A stretch of 62,978 nt of DNA, counting the filler, from Sphacelaria rigidula (lineage: Eukaryota), in assembly GCA_964200075.2 (NCBI GenBank). It is 6 parts of 6 records of this genome, joined end to end, with 100 filler letters (N's around TTAATTAATTAA, not from the genome) between each part and the next. Parts side by side here need not be neighbours in the genome. Positions count along the whole stretch, not along the records: positions 21,028 to 31,440 come from CAXNAA020006535.1; positions 31,541 to 41,953 come from CAXNAA020006536.1; 4 more parts are not named here. One strand, written 5' to 3'. A model generated the notes under the pieces. That model was not told where the DNA came from. It did not search any database and was given only the letters and a program-made list of their open reading frames with translations. Positions 26,573 through 38,559 of this stretch are shown here, piece by piece; position 1 is the first letter of the stretch, and every line of letters starts with the position of its first letter. The position numbers and the translations under genes were made by a program.

Positions 26573-29199
26573 CTATCGGTTCTGAACTGCCCAGTCCGCC
26601 ACCAGTGGAATTCGCACATGAGGTCTTGTCATGTATATGTTACCAGGTATGTACAGTGTAGCAATATGTGTATTCCTAGGAATAAGGTTGATGTCTGGAC
26701 AGGTCGTAAATGTGAGGACTCCACACAGGACGCATCAGATATGCTAAAAAATGATTTTTCTTCCAACAACTCGTCACCCTCGGCCAGCAGGAACTCTAGC
26801 CGCACGAAAATATTTTCAAACACAGTGCGCACAGGAGCAGATCTGAGACGACGCTTGCATCAACAGCTTTACATGTTGGAAATCGGCGAATAACGCGGAT
26901 GTTCACTCCGTGAACGTACAGTATTCCACCACTGGAAGCTTTCGGAGATGAAACATACAGGCTGGTTCATCGACAAGACCCCAAAACACTCATCGGCAAA
27001 ACTTCACGCCGTTTCAAGGAGTTAGACCGTGGAATTTTGAACGAGTGTTTTATGGGTCGTTACGCAACTTTCAAAGGTTAATTTTTTTTTCCTACTTTTT
27101 TTACCGTTTTTCGGGAAAACTTCGATCCACTCGGACCCCGTAAAACGGTGAAAACGAAAAAAAACCGGAAAACCTAGTTCATCCAAAGTTGCGTAATTAC
27201 GCATAAAACACCTTCGCAAAATTTCAGGGTCTAACTCCTTCGAGCGGCGTGAAGTTTTTCGCGTTTGTGCGATGAACCTTGCCGTGCCGCGGTGAAGCCG
27301 CAAACTACTAGATTTTACGATGAAAAAAGCATATTTTGGGTCTTCCTTGATGTGAACATGGAATTTCAAGCATCAGTTTATCGAGTTCGGCCACGAAACT
27401 TTGTGGAGCTCTTTCTTGGATTATGCGGCGACAGGGCGTTTGCGGAAAACATGAATAAAAATCGTAGTGCCGGTTTTCCAGGGTCCCAGAATGGACGGCT
27501 TCGAAAAATGACTTGGATCTCGTCGGACCCCCGAAAAACGGTGAGACTTGTGTCATGACTCACAGCACATTTGTGCAAAGTTTCGGGGTCTAACTCCTAA
27601 TAACTGCGTGAAGGTTTGCACGTTTGTGCGAAGATGTGAGCTTAAACCGTGCAAACTCCGAACTAGTTGGTTTTAATACGCAGAGCATGTATTTGGTCCC
27701 CATCTCTGCTTTGTTTCATCTTTTGTTTCTGGTGTTTTTTTGCTTTTTGTTTCGTCTGTACTTTCCCCCCCTTCCCCCCCCGCTGCCGGAACGAGCCTGG
27801 CTCTGTCTTCTTGTCTATTGTATATTCCCTTTTTTTACGTTCTATTATTATTTTTTCCTTTCTTTCATTTTTCTCATGTTGCTCCTTTTTGTTTCTGATT
27901 ACGAGCTGGAGTGTTGCAATCAGCTACGTAATGCACGATCATCATCCTTTTTGTCTGTTCGAGCTTGTGTTTGCGTTTGTGTTTGTCGTTACTTTTTTGT
28001 TACTGCTGTTGTTTGTTGTTGGTGGTGGTGGTGTTTTTTGTTGTTATCGCTGCCCCCTTTCTTTCCTTTCTGAGGCCGTTGCTTCTGTCGTTTTTCTGTT
28101 CCTTTCTTTCATTGTATTTTTTTTATTGTTCTGTTCTATTTTTGCTGCTCCTCACCACGGGCTGGATTGTTGCAATCAGCTAATGTGAGATAATCAATCA
28201 AATCAATCAGTATGAAAACGTCTTTTTTGGGTGAATTCGATGCCAGGGCAAGGAAAATTGTAAACATGTTCGAATTTCTCCACCAAACTTTGTACATCTG
28301 TGCCTTGGTCTATCCCGGGACGCATCGTGTTATTAATTTTTCCTCTGAGGCATTCTGTACCGCCTTCTGGGGGTCTTTGTTTTCGGATCCCCGGATGCCG
28401 GTCGAGAACGGAGAAACTTTGAACTTTTGCCAACACAATTTTTCCATTTGGAGCATCAATACGGAACTGCCAAGTTTGAGGATGATGTGAGCTTTCCTAC
28501 AACAGGTATAAGGAAATCGTCACGAGGCTCCCTCAGTCTTTCGTACGTATCATGAGGGGAAATTAGATGACGCCAAACTCGACCCCGTTGGAACCGTTTT
28601 GAAATCTGTTTCTTCCGTTAGATTCCTGAGCTTGGGCTTGGAAATCGTGTTTTCAATTTCAGAACAATTTGAAAGGCGCTGATTGGTCGAGACACATTTT
28701 TGTCCATAGCGCCACCGCTTTAGCCTTGAACAAAAATCTGGCTATGTCACCCTCTTCGTCTGTTCATTGCGGTCAGCATGTTACCATGTATGTGATTATT
28801 GGGTGCATATTGCAGAAGGCATTTGCTGATGACAGAACTTTGGGTATTTTCCATCAACCAGCCTGTAGAATAAAATATTTGCCGTTTTTTTCTTCTCAAA
28901 AAACAATGTTTTCGTGAGATTGGGAGTGAAAAGCGGTCAATTAGTGAGTGCCTCGTTTCAGTTCCGAAATACCCCTCCTCGAGGCCCGATATGCTTTCTG
29001 TAGTAGCTTGCAACCGACAACCTTGATATCCCTGGGTAGGATATCGACGTGTAGCTGTAAGCACATCCCAGTGGAAGAGGCAGAGAAAAGCACACACGGA
29101 ATGAAAAAATGTATTTGTTGAAGCGAATGATCAAAGTCACTCTCTCAGCGCTCTACTCTCAATCTCACGAAAACGTTGTTGGAAGTAGAGTTGAAAACC

Positions 29200-31204
29200 C
29201 TAAACCTTGGTAGCTCCGGGCACAGCAGTACTGACATCTTCCACGCCCGTAATTTCAACCTGCTGCTGAATCGCTTCATCGCGGAAAAGCAACCGACTCA
29301 GTAAGAGTGCCACAACATCGACGTTAACGCTATTGCCGACGAGACCCCAACGTTGGCGAATCGTGACGTCAGGCGGGAACCCGTAAGTTTCTGGAAAGCC
29401 GTGCAACCGTAGCATCTCTCGATCGGAAAACCAACGCAGCTCCCGCCCCCCCGGGCCCAGATGTAGTCCGTCAGGAAAACGACCAAGAGCCTCGTCGCTA
29501 GCTCGTCGGGTGCCATCGTCTGATAGGAGTATAACCGGCCCTGCTCTTCCCGCGTGCTTGCCGTAACCTTGGGATGTGGCACATTACGAAGCAGCAGCGC
29601 GGTGTGGATCCGTTTACTTCAAAAATAACTTTCAACACGGAGCCCAGTCCATAAAAATGATTCGAAATGTACTACAGACAGTACTCCGCAGCATTGCATC
29701 GGTGTATAGCCGATTGGGTGACGGGCATTTTACAATGAGTACCGAACAGCGATCAATATATACGAGCGACCGTTACCTTTGGTGAAGGTGGTTGTCGTCG
29801 TGGAGCGTAGGGTGACGACATCGAAACGAAGTGATGGGTTCGCATGACCCGCAGCCTTGGGCGACAAGAGCAAAGGTGTAACATCTTCCCCGTGTAGTGA
29901 TGGGTCCTGCAGCAGTACGTTGATTTCGCGAGTTGCACAGAGATGGGAGTCATGACAAGATTATCGTGTTTCCATAAGATTCGAGAGCCGGCTAGTTGCA
30001 GCAAAAGTGCGGAGTGACTGTTCGTACCTGCCCATGATGTTGAAGACGGTACGTTTTGTGCATACGATCGGGGACAGCAAACAGCACTGCAATAGTTACA
30101 CCTTTATCGGTCATGGCAGAAACCGCGAATGTTTCATTTTTGTATGCGTGGAATTCATCCTTCTTTCCGAAGGCGAAGTACGTTTGGCAGCTCATATCTC
30201 CATTCCTAAGGCACTTGACTAGGTGTTGGTGGATTCTATCAAATTTTCATGGAGATTGGTTCCATGTTGGAACTTCGTTTGTCCGATTTTCGTACAGAAA
30301 CAACGGAGCATTTAGCTCAGCCTTCTTCATTTTTTCGGAGAATTCCTGCTCTATCTTCTTGGGATGATCAAGTTTCACACCGCTATTCGGATAAGATACA
30401 TCTTGAACTGATCCCCACAACACCGAAAATCGAAACCAAGCTTCAAGATTCTCAATTTTCATCAGTACCACGAGCAAGGTGTATATCTCAGTGCTGCTCT
30501 CAGATGGACCGTCCAAAATGTTCGGTAGAAATTTACGCCCAATTTCGAGATTTGACTCGAGATTTGACTCAGCCCATCAAAGCCAGGCGCACCGCCGCAC
30601 AGGCGTTACGGAGATATTGCACCGCCCATCACAACGATCAGTTGAAGCGATGGATGTTCACTCAAAGATGACTTGTCATTTTTTTCTTCACTTTCCGTCT
30701 GTCGCTGCAAAGTGAAAAAAAAAAGAGCAAAATTTGCTGTTTTTGCCGACGATTCTTTGCTTTGCACCACGCGCACGTCAGGTGAATATCACCCATTTCC
30801 ACCAAAACGTAGGGTTCTGCTGAAGAGCCATCCAGGATCTTGAAAATGAACAAAAAAATCGAAGTAATTTGATGCCGCTACAAACACGACGTACTGCACT
30901 TTTGGAACAGCGGGAGTACCGTACATCTTGAAGACGCTGCCACACCTATCACGTGGCATCCCTCACGCCATCTCACCAAGTAATCTGACAATGCTCTCAA
31001 GGGCATGTCTTCATTTTCCTCACGAGCTGTGGTAGTTACCGCTGAATGACACGGCAGGTAGTTCCGAATAGCACCAACATCACCGTGCGTATCAGTGTCC
31101 CGTCGTGTGGCGAGGCAGTAGTACCGAAGACGGGTATTTGGTATTCCAAGTTGAACGGGGGAGAGCAGGTACTGTTCCACGTCATACCTTCGCTTGCTCA
31201 ACAC
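29200..31204 (-). CDS. DNMT2: DNMT2/TRDMT1-like cytosine-5 (tRNA) methyltransferase, C-terminal three exons (5' part cut by the spacer)
   Basis: Phase-consistent exons 31204-30977 (QYLLSPVQLGIPNTRLRYYCLA, motif VIII), 29906-29777 (..FDVV..TTTFTK) and 29567-29200 (GYGKHAG..LRWFSDREMLRLHGFP..LVGNSVNVDVV, motifs IX-X). Confidence 0.88.
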
Positions 31205-33040
31205 CTGATGCAGGAAACGTACACGTTGAGGAAAATGCAGAACAGGAGCGGGGTTATTCCAGCAGAGTGACTGTCACAAACCTGTTAGGGCCTGTCTTAA
31301 CGAAGGGAATAATCCCCTTTTCACAATCCCCCTTTGACAGGGGATTGGCCCCATAACGACCAGCCCCTAGTCCTATCAACAAGCACTCTTGTACAGGTTG
31401 GAACCTAGATCTGCATGCATATTCCGAAACGCGGCGGGTCNNNNNNNNNNNNNNNNNNNNNNNNNNNNNNNNNNNNNNNNNNNNTTAATTAATTAANNNN
31501 NNNNNNNNNNNNNNNNNNNNNNNNNNNNNNNNNNNNNNNNAATATTTTGCGGAGATATGAACGATTAAAAAGACTTGTATCTTAATTGGCTCTGTATCTT
31601 AATTGGTACATTTCCTCTAGCTTCTTATGGCACTTCCTACGATACCCCCCAAGAAAGCACCTGGTTTGGGGAGGCAAAGTCTGGGCGTAAATCGAAATGG
31701 AGAAGCCGAGTACAACGAGCAGCTCGAAATTCCCACGTTTGGGTGCGTTCTCGGCAATGTCGCCCATATGAGACGTCTCATGCAGTCTGACCCCCAGCAT
31801 TAGGCGCTGGATGGCCATTTTGCTCGTGACATTTGTGGGCCGGGTTTAGAGGGGGGCTATTGTAGAATGTGTCTTATACCCTTGACTCACCTACCATCAA
31901 GACCGTGCAACCTCCGCGAGCTGCGTCCATGCCCCAATATGCAGAAATGCAGATACACAACATTAAGCGCTCCTGGAGGGGCGTACAAAACACATAGCCT
32001 CCTATGCGTCACATCTAGTCATAACACAACATCGACCCTACGATCGGTCGACTATCTCCCCGCTCCTCACATCTATTGTACACTCGGCCTGCACCTGAAC
32101 GTACCCGAATCAATCCTAGTTCATATGCACGAGGGCTCAGGTCGGCAATATTCTAATAGCCCCACTTGCTGGAGCTCAGCCCTCGTCATCATATCATCAC
32201 GCGGAAAAATCTAAGTCCCCTAACTGTAGTAATAAAATAATACTCACGAGGAAATCACCGTGACGTTCGAACGACTTGGCAATGAAAGCGACCAAACTTG
32301 TCAAGAAAAGGGTATCTCCTACATTATACGCCCTCCTAATCCTATATTACTTTCTCATTTGCGGGAGTAAAATCCATCAAATCTCAGGCCATGCTTCTTC
32401 CATAATCCATCACGAAAGTATATCCCAAAACCCAAGTTCAATCAATCACATCAAACAAAAATAATCCGTCATGTACCAGCATCCATCGAGAGGTTAATCT
32501 GATCGGATCCAAAAACACCACGACCTCTTTCGTGACCATAGCCCTTGCTTGGAAACACTTGGATTCATGATGAAAGCCAAACTGTGACGAAGGAAATTCA
32601 CCAAACTACCTTGACATCTCGGCGATACTGAAAACCGAGACTGAATTGCAACAATCAAACTCAAATCGAACTACGGTAATATGTACGATACATTACAAAA
32701 TTGTCGCACCGAAATCTCCACGTGAAATGTTCGCGCTGTTTTGATGTCTGCCAGCTTTTCTTACGCAAAATAATCCTCAACAAATCCCAAAAGCCTATTG
32801 AAGCATGCCAAAACTGTTGAAAATCGGATACCTATCAGTCAAATCACTGCAGCCAGACAGTAGTCACAATAATGCGCTTTCATTTAAATGGTCTAAAGCC
32901 CTATCCAGAATCAAACCTACGCAAAGCATGAATCTATTATCAAGCTGGAGCTGTCGACAAATGAAGACTTGAAATGACCATATTCGGAGAATACTATCCT
33001 CCAAAATCTATCTCCGGCCTCTGCGTTCTTCCACGCCCAT

Positions 33041-33168
33041 GCGCCCTCCTGCTCCATTGGACCGGCACCGCCCCCCTGGTCCACTCCACCGGCATCGCTC
33101 CCCTGCTCCATCCCACCGGCACCGCCCCTCTGCTTCATTCCACTGGTACTGCCCCCCTGCTCCATTCC
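33041..33168. repeat. 30-bp minisatellite, about 4 copies
   Basis: Repeated unit approximately ACCGGCACCGCCCCCCTGCTCCATTCC(ACC). Confidence 0.85.
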
Positions 33169-33327
33169 GCAGTCACCAACGGTGCCACGCATGAAGCGGT
33201 GTTGCCGACTGAGTCGGTGGTAGCGGTAGTGGTGTTTTCGGCGACGATACCGATGAGTCCGTCGGATTTGTCGGCGATGGCTGCGATGATGCAGTGGGAG
33301 ATGATGGTAGCGGCGGCGCAGCAGTAA

Positions 33328-36300
33328 GAGGTTTGCACCAACTCAGCAAAGATGAAGCGGTCGATTCAGCAGTACACACTGATACTGGTTCCAGAGCCAC
33401 AAAGTTGCTCAAATCAGCCATGATTACCATAATGTATCGAAACCCAGCACCCGCCGACAAACCTTGGGAAGCTAGCGGGCCACTCTCACCCACGTACAAG
33501 AAGTCAAAATGAACGACTTCATTCGGCGTGGTCCCATGGACCGTTTCACCGAGCGGGGCAGAACAACATCGCCCGCCCTCGAGGCCGCACAGTGAAGACA
33601 CTGGCGGACAAACTCGCGCGCATGGGTTTCTATCTCTTGCCATACACAAACCTCTTGCAAGCGCACGAGCGTCGCAGCTACACCACGATGCCCGGCGTTG
33701 CGCATGTGCGCGCAAATAATCAGAAGTACCTGCAACTGCTTGTCAGAACTCGGAATCCACAAAACGTTTCGGCTACGCGCATGCACACGAAACAGGCCTT
33801 CATTGTCCAAGATAGCAGTACCAACGTCCAACTCGAAAGATTGTACATCGGCATCTTCGGCCCCAAGGTCTTCTCGTTGCGCTTGGCGGACAACAGATTT
33901 GGACGGCATCGAGTCATCAGGTTTACGCGGACCATGCACAGCCACAGCGCGCACAGGTATTTGAATTTCAACTGTAGGCACCTGCATGACCAAATAACCC
34001 CAATGGCACTCAAATGCATCCGGAAACGTTGACACCTGACAATCAGGACGAGGATGGAGCAGCGTCACGGCATGAGCCACCAGATCCTTCGCTGCCGTCC
34101 ACGATGCAGCCTTCTTCGGAAACACCATATCTGGACTGGACCACCCCGCCTGCAGATTCCGTAACACCAACCCGAGCGCCAAAAGAGCCGCCATGCACAA
34201 CGCCAACCAATTCGACTTCACTGGATCGTACCGGCGCGACTTCGTCTTCACCGCGGACGCCCCAGGGTTCAGCTGAACACGCATGGGCTCCACGCGCGCA
34301 GGGGGATCACCCCGCAGCGCACGACGAAAAGCGTTGACGCGGCAATGCAATATACCTCGCAGGCGTTCCGCTTTTGAGACGCTGAGGGCTGTCGCCACAG
34401 CATCCGTCACGCTCTCCTCCAGCGCGACCTTCCCAGCGGACTCCTCTTCCGCCGGGTCCATGAACATATCCGGGCTGCGCTCTACTAAGCGTTCCACCGC
34501 CGCATCCCGCTACTCGGTCACCTGCCCCACAGCCTCCTAAAAAGCATTCACCGACAAGCTCACGCGAAGACTGCCCAAAACGTCGGCCGTCTCCACGTGC
34601 GGACCAGGCGGAGGCAGCCGCATCTTGATGGAGTCCTCCAACCGCGCATACGGGTCGACTGTTAGACCCTGTAGCGTCGGCAGCCCGAGAAGAACAACGC
34701 CATCCGACCCTGGCATAATCGCAAACGAGATTGGAGGCAACGGCGCCAGCCCCCAAGCAGTCTTGAAGGCTAGCTGCAACGGAACAGTACGCTCCGTGAC
34801 TGAAACATGCTGACTTGACGCGATGACTGCCTGCCGCGCCCCGAGCGGAAACGGGATGCGCAGCGGCACACCCGGGAGTTGACGCTCCAACATCTCAACC
34901 ATCTGCACCGGCAGACTATTGAAATGAGCGCCAGAATCCAACACAGACCCAACCATAATGGCTCCACGCTGCCGTTGATTCGGAAGACATAACCTCGCAG
35001 GAATGCATCTGTCGGCAAGCTCCACTTGAACTTCTTCTGCTGACCTATGCGCCGCTAATCCCACTTGACGCCACGGCTGCGCAAGCTGCGCAGGCGAAGA
35101 CGCCCCGGCAGGTTCAAATGGCACCGCCCGCGGGTATGATCCCCAGCCAGCAGACCAAGAATTTGGCGAACCTCCGGCCAGCGCGTCAATAGGCGTCGCG
35201 CCTGGCGCCTCTGCCGGTGTCGCCGCCGGCACCACCACCGGCGCCAGCGCAGTGTCCGACTCTGTAAAAGTCGGGTCCACCCGCACCGCCCGCTGCGGAG
35301 CGCCAGACCTAGAGCCAGGCCCATGCTGACGCCGCTGCCCCTGCTGCTGCTGAGTGCTCGCCTGTGACCCTCCATCGCCGGAAGATCCGCCGCCGCCGCC
35401 ACCACGATTACCTCGTATTTTGCCCGTGTGCTGACGATGCTGATGGCGCGCGGCACTAGACTGCCCAGACTCTCCACCGGAAGATGTTGGGCAATCGCGC
35501 GCGTAATGGCTGACCAGGCCACAGCGGTGGCAAGTAATACTCGCGGGACGACCAGCCGATTTCGAACCATGGTGGAGCAATGATACGGTAGGGGGACACT
35601 TTTTTCGCGTAATTATGTCTAGTTCAAGGGCTCCTAACGATTGTAGATGCACAAAAATATGGGTCAGGGCATTCCCGTTTGCAAATTTATTCGGGATATC
35701 CCCAGCACAGTGGAGTAGTAATCCTGGCGTACTTTCACACATTTTCAAAGGTCGTGTTTTGCATGAGATGAAGGGCTCCTAACAATTATTACCTCAGAAA
35801 ATATTTGTGCACCCCTACCGTAGCATCACTCGGTGGTGCAAAGATTTCAGCGAAGAGGGGGGCGACTGGCCGAACACCTCTATCTTCCGCCACTCCTTGG
35901 CCTCGGCCACGATGGTGCTCATCACCAGTTACGGGTCGTCCTTCCAATTTGTTTGGTGCTGCAGCTTGACAAGCACGGCTTGCTTGAAATTTCCTGGTGC
36001 CAACCCCTCCACCAAAGCCTTAACGATTACTGCTGCCGGGCCGGGAATGAACTGACCATCGGGGGAACGATACACTAGTTCTACGTTCGGATTTTCTGTG
36101 AAGGACTTCTCCAAATTGGCCAAGATGGGCTCCATACGCTCCAACATCGTTTTCCCCCGAGAATCCATTGCGACAGTTTTCGCCACGGCCGCGGACGCTT
36201 GGATCAGATCTACCTCGGCGCCCGCCGCATGCCCAGCATGCTGTTTGATCGCCGCAACCGATTGCGGCGAAGTGAGAGTGCTCTCATTATGATCCAAAGG

Positions 36301-36440
36301 AGCGAACACTCTCTGTACATGAGTTGGTACTTGTTGAGCCATGGTCACCACCTGATGCCGCACGGCACCCCCTGTGTTAGCCGTGCTCCACACACTTCTT
36401 GTATTCCAAATACCTCGTGTAAAAAGTGCGAGATGCACTC
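33328..36440 (-). mobile_element. Degenerate, internally deleted Ty3/Gypsy LTR retrotransposon (gag-PR-partial RT/RH-partial IN)
   Basis: Gag CCHC knuckle (CHRCGLVSHYARDC), protease VLDSGA, RT start (WSSP..PKK), RNase H start (FPDA), integrase H2C2 (AH..GHRG..CLHC) and rve (HFDFLY..DLSNFV). Contains stops and frameshifts; LTRs not identified. Confidence 0.9.
35575..35831. mobile_element. 257-bp Sola-like MITE inserted in Gypsy gag
   Basis: TIR GAGCAATGATACGGTAGGGG / CCCCTACCGTAGCATCACTC with perfect 4-bp TSD GGTG. A homologous copy lies at 49816-50074. Confidence 0.88.
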
Positions 36441-37079
36441 TCTGAGTACCTGTTCCCGTTTTGGAGAGGTCGAAATGCTTCCCGCATGACTACAGCTGTC
36501 ACGGTGTGGACGCACCTCGTGAGTCGGTAGCTATAGCTGTAGCTGTAACCGGCAACCTGCGAACCTCTGCGGCCAGCGGACCTTCGCAAATGGCGCTTTC
36601 CTTGCTTTGCCGCCGCACCACACAGTCGTAGGAGTCTCTAAACTCCCGCTGCACGCAGTTTCAGCAAGTCTCTAGTCTGGATCATTCACAGGCCAGCCAC
36701 CTTTCTGCAACTGCCTCAGCTGGAACCTTCTCCACGCGTCCGTGGTGTATCAGGTTTCCACAGATACCAGACTCCTACCGAAATCCTATGTTTCTAGCAC
36801 TAATACTAGCACTAGCACTATCACTAATATCGATATTGTGACGCCAGCCAGTGGGAGCACTGTTGGATCACTGCTGTTGAGGGACTGCCTCAGTTTCAGT
36901 TGCCACACTTTACAACATTTTCATTATTCAGGAGTGACCTTCCAGGGCACCAGCTAGACCTGCAGATACCATATAAGTGTCCCCGGTCATTATTCAGAAC
37001 CCTCCAGAATCTCCGTGCCCTCAGTCTATTATCCATATAATCAATACCAACTCAACGTAACGGGGTATTTTCCTCACAG

Positions 37080-38486
37080 GTCGCATTGGTGAGAACATAT
37101 TGACCGATCAATATATATATATATATTGGATCTGCGTGTGTGCCCATGTATTGGCCGGGCAATATATATCGGATATTATTAAGTATGGTGTACACTTCAA
37201 GCAAGATCCAGACGCGTGGATGCCGGAGCCCGTGCAGATTGGCGAACGCTTCGAAGGGAGTGGCAGAAGTTTGCGTGCACTGCTATGAAGAGTTGTCGAA
37301 TGCGTTTGATATACATATATATATATACTGGTCAGAAAATATGGTGGCGAAAGAGGTGACCCGGTATATATGCCTTTTGATACCCATCTGGCCACTGGTA
37401 CGGGGCCGCCCATCCCCTTCACAGCATGTAATATATCTTCGGTAAACATCACGACGACAGAAAAAGCGGGTCGATATTCGTCTTTTGTTGCCCCTGTGGT
37501 CACCGGTTCTGTGTTGCTTATACCCTGGACAATACAACATGTTCCAATTTGATACCAATATTTTCTATTGGGGACAGTGCAAATGTTGTTCTTTATATAT
37601 TGTGTTGAGATGTCCTCAGAGATATTGAAGCAACAGCCTATAGTTTTCGTGTCATGATCGTAAAGTAATGCATGACAATATATATTGAACATGCATTTTC
37701 TCCGGGAACAAAACATTCAATATGTATACTGTGCATGCCGGCCGCGTATGTATTGAAGTTTCAATATATTGAGCCAAAGCGATGCGGAACATATTGCTGC
37801 CATGATATATATTGAACGCAAACCATACCGAACCATTACTTTCCCATCATATTGCGCACGCTCATCGCATAGCTTTTGCTACACCAATATGTATTGAACA
37901 CGCTCGCGGAGGAATATTCGAGCGTTTTCGGCATGTGGTGATACATCTTTCAATGGCACCAGCGAACATGGAATTGCCCACAACAATAATTCCAATACGC
38001 TTTCCGATTCACGTGTTGAAAATCAAAATATATCACTACACCAATATGTATTGTGACCGTCCCTTCCCTCGTGTATTGTTCGCCCAATATATATATTGGA
38101 CGCATTGACGCACGACATATTGGCGCGGCAATATATATTGGCGCTTCGGGTGTTGAGTATATTGAATAATCAATATATATATATATATTGACCTCGTGTG
38201 GCAGCCAATATATTACTCGACAAACATATATTGGTGCCTTATCGCACCAACATATTACTCGGCCAACATATATTGAGGTGGCCCGTGTCGTGATCTATTG
38301 TTCGGTCGATATGTATTACATATGGCGAGCCTTGATATATTGATGGCACAATATATATTGACACCTCTCTCGTGCCATCATATTGCTCGCCTAGTATATA
38401 TTGACCACCCGACGCGTCGACATATTGAGCGGGAAATATACATATATACATATATATATATTACATATTGTATTGTCCAGGGTGTG
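37080..38486. mobile_element. AT-rich region of degenerate CAATATATATTG-type repeats bearing CACACCCTGGACAA-family ends
   Basis: TATACCCTGGACAATACAA at 37519 and TTGTATTGTCCAGGGTGTG ending at 38486 are inverted relative to each other. No TSD found. Confidence 0.55.
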
Positions 38487-38559
38487 AAATCCTCTCATCG
38501 CTCTTTCGAGGACGAGATCGACATCGGATATTGCACCGCGTCGATCCTTTTCGAATCAA

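Noticed and set aside
27624..28188. Hydrophobic 149-173 aa ORFs resembling membrane proteins
   Set aside because: Produced by T-rich low-complexity sequence; the same applies to the A-rich tract at about 50460-50700.
32917..33327. ORFs with PLLHSTGTA / MEQGG repeats
   Set aside because: Explained by the 30-bp minisatellite; no splice or homology support.
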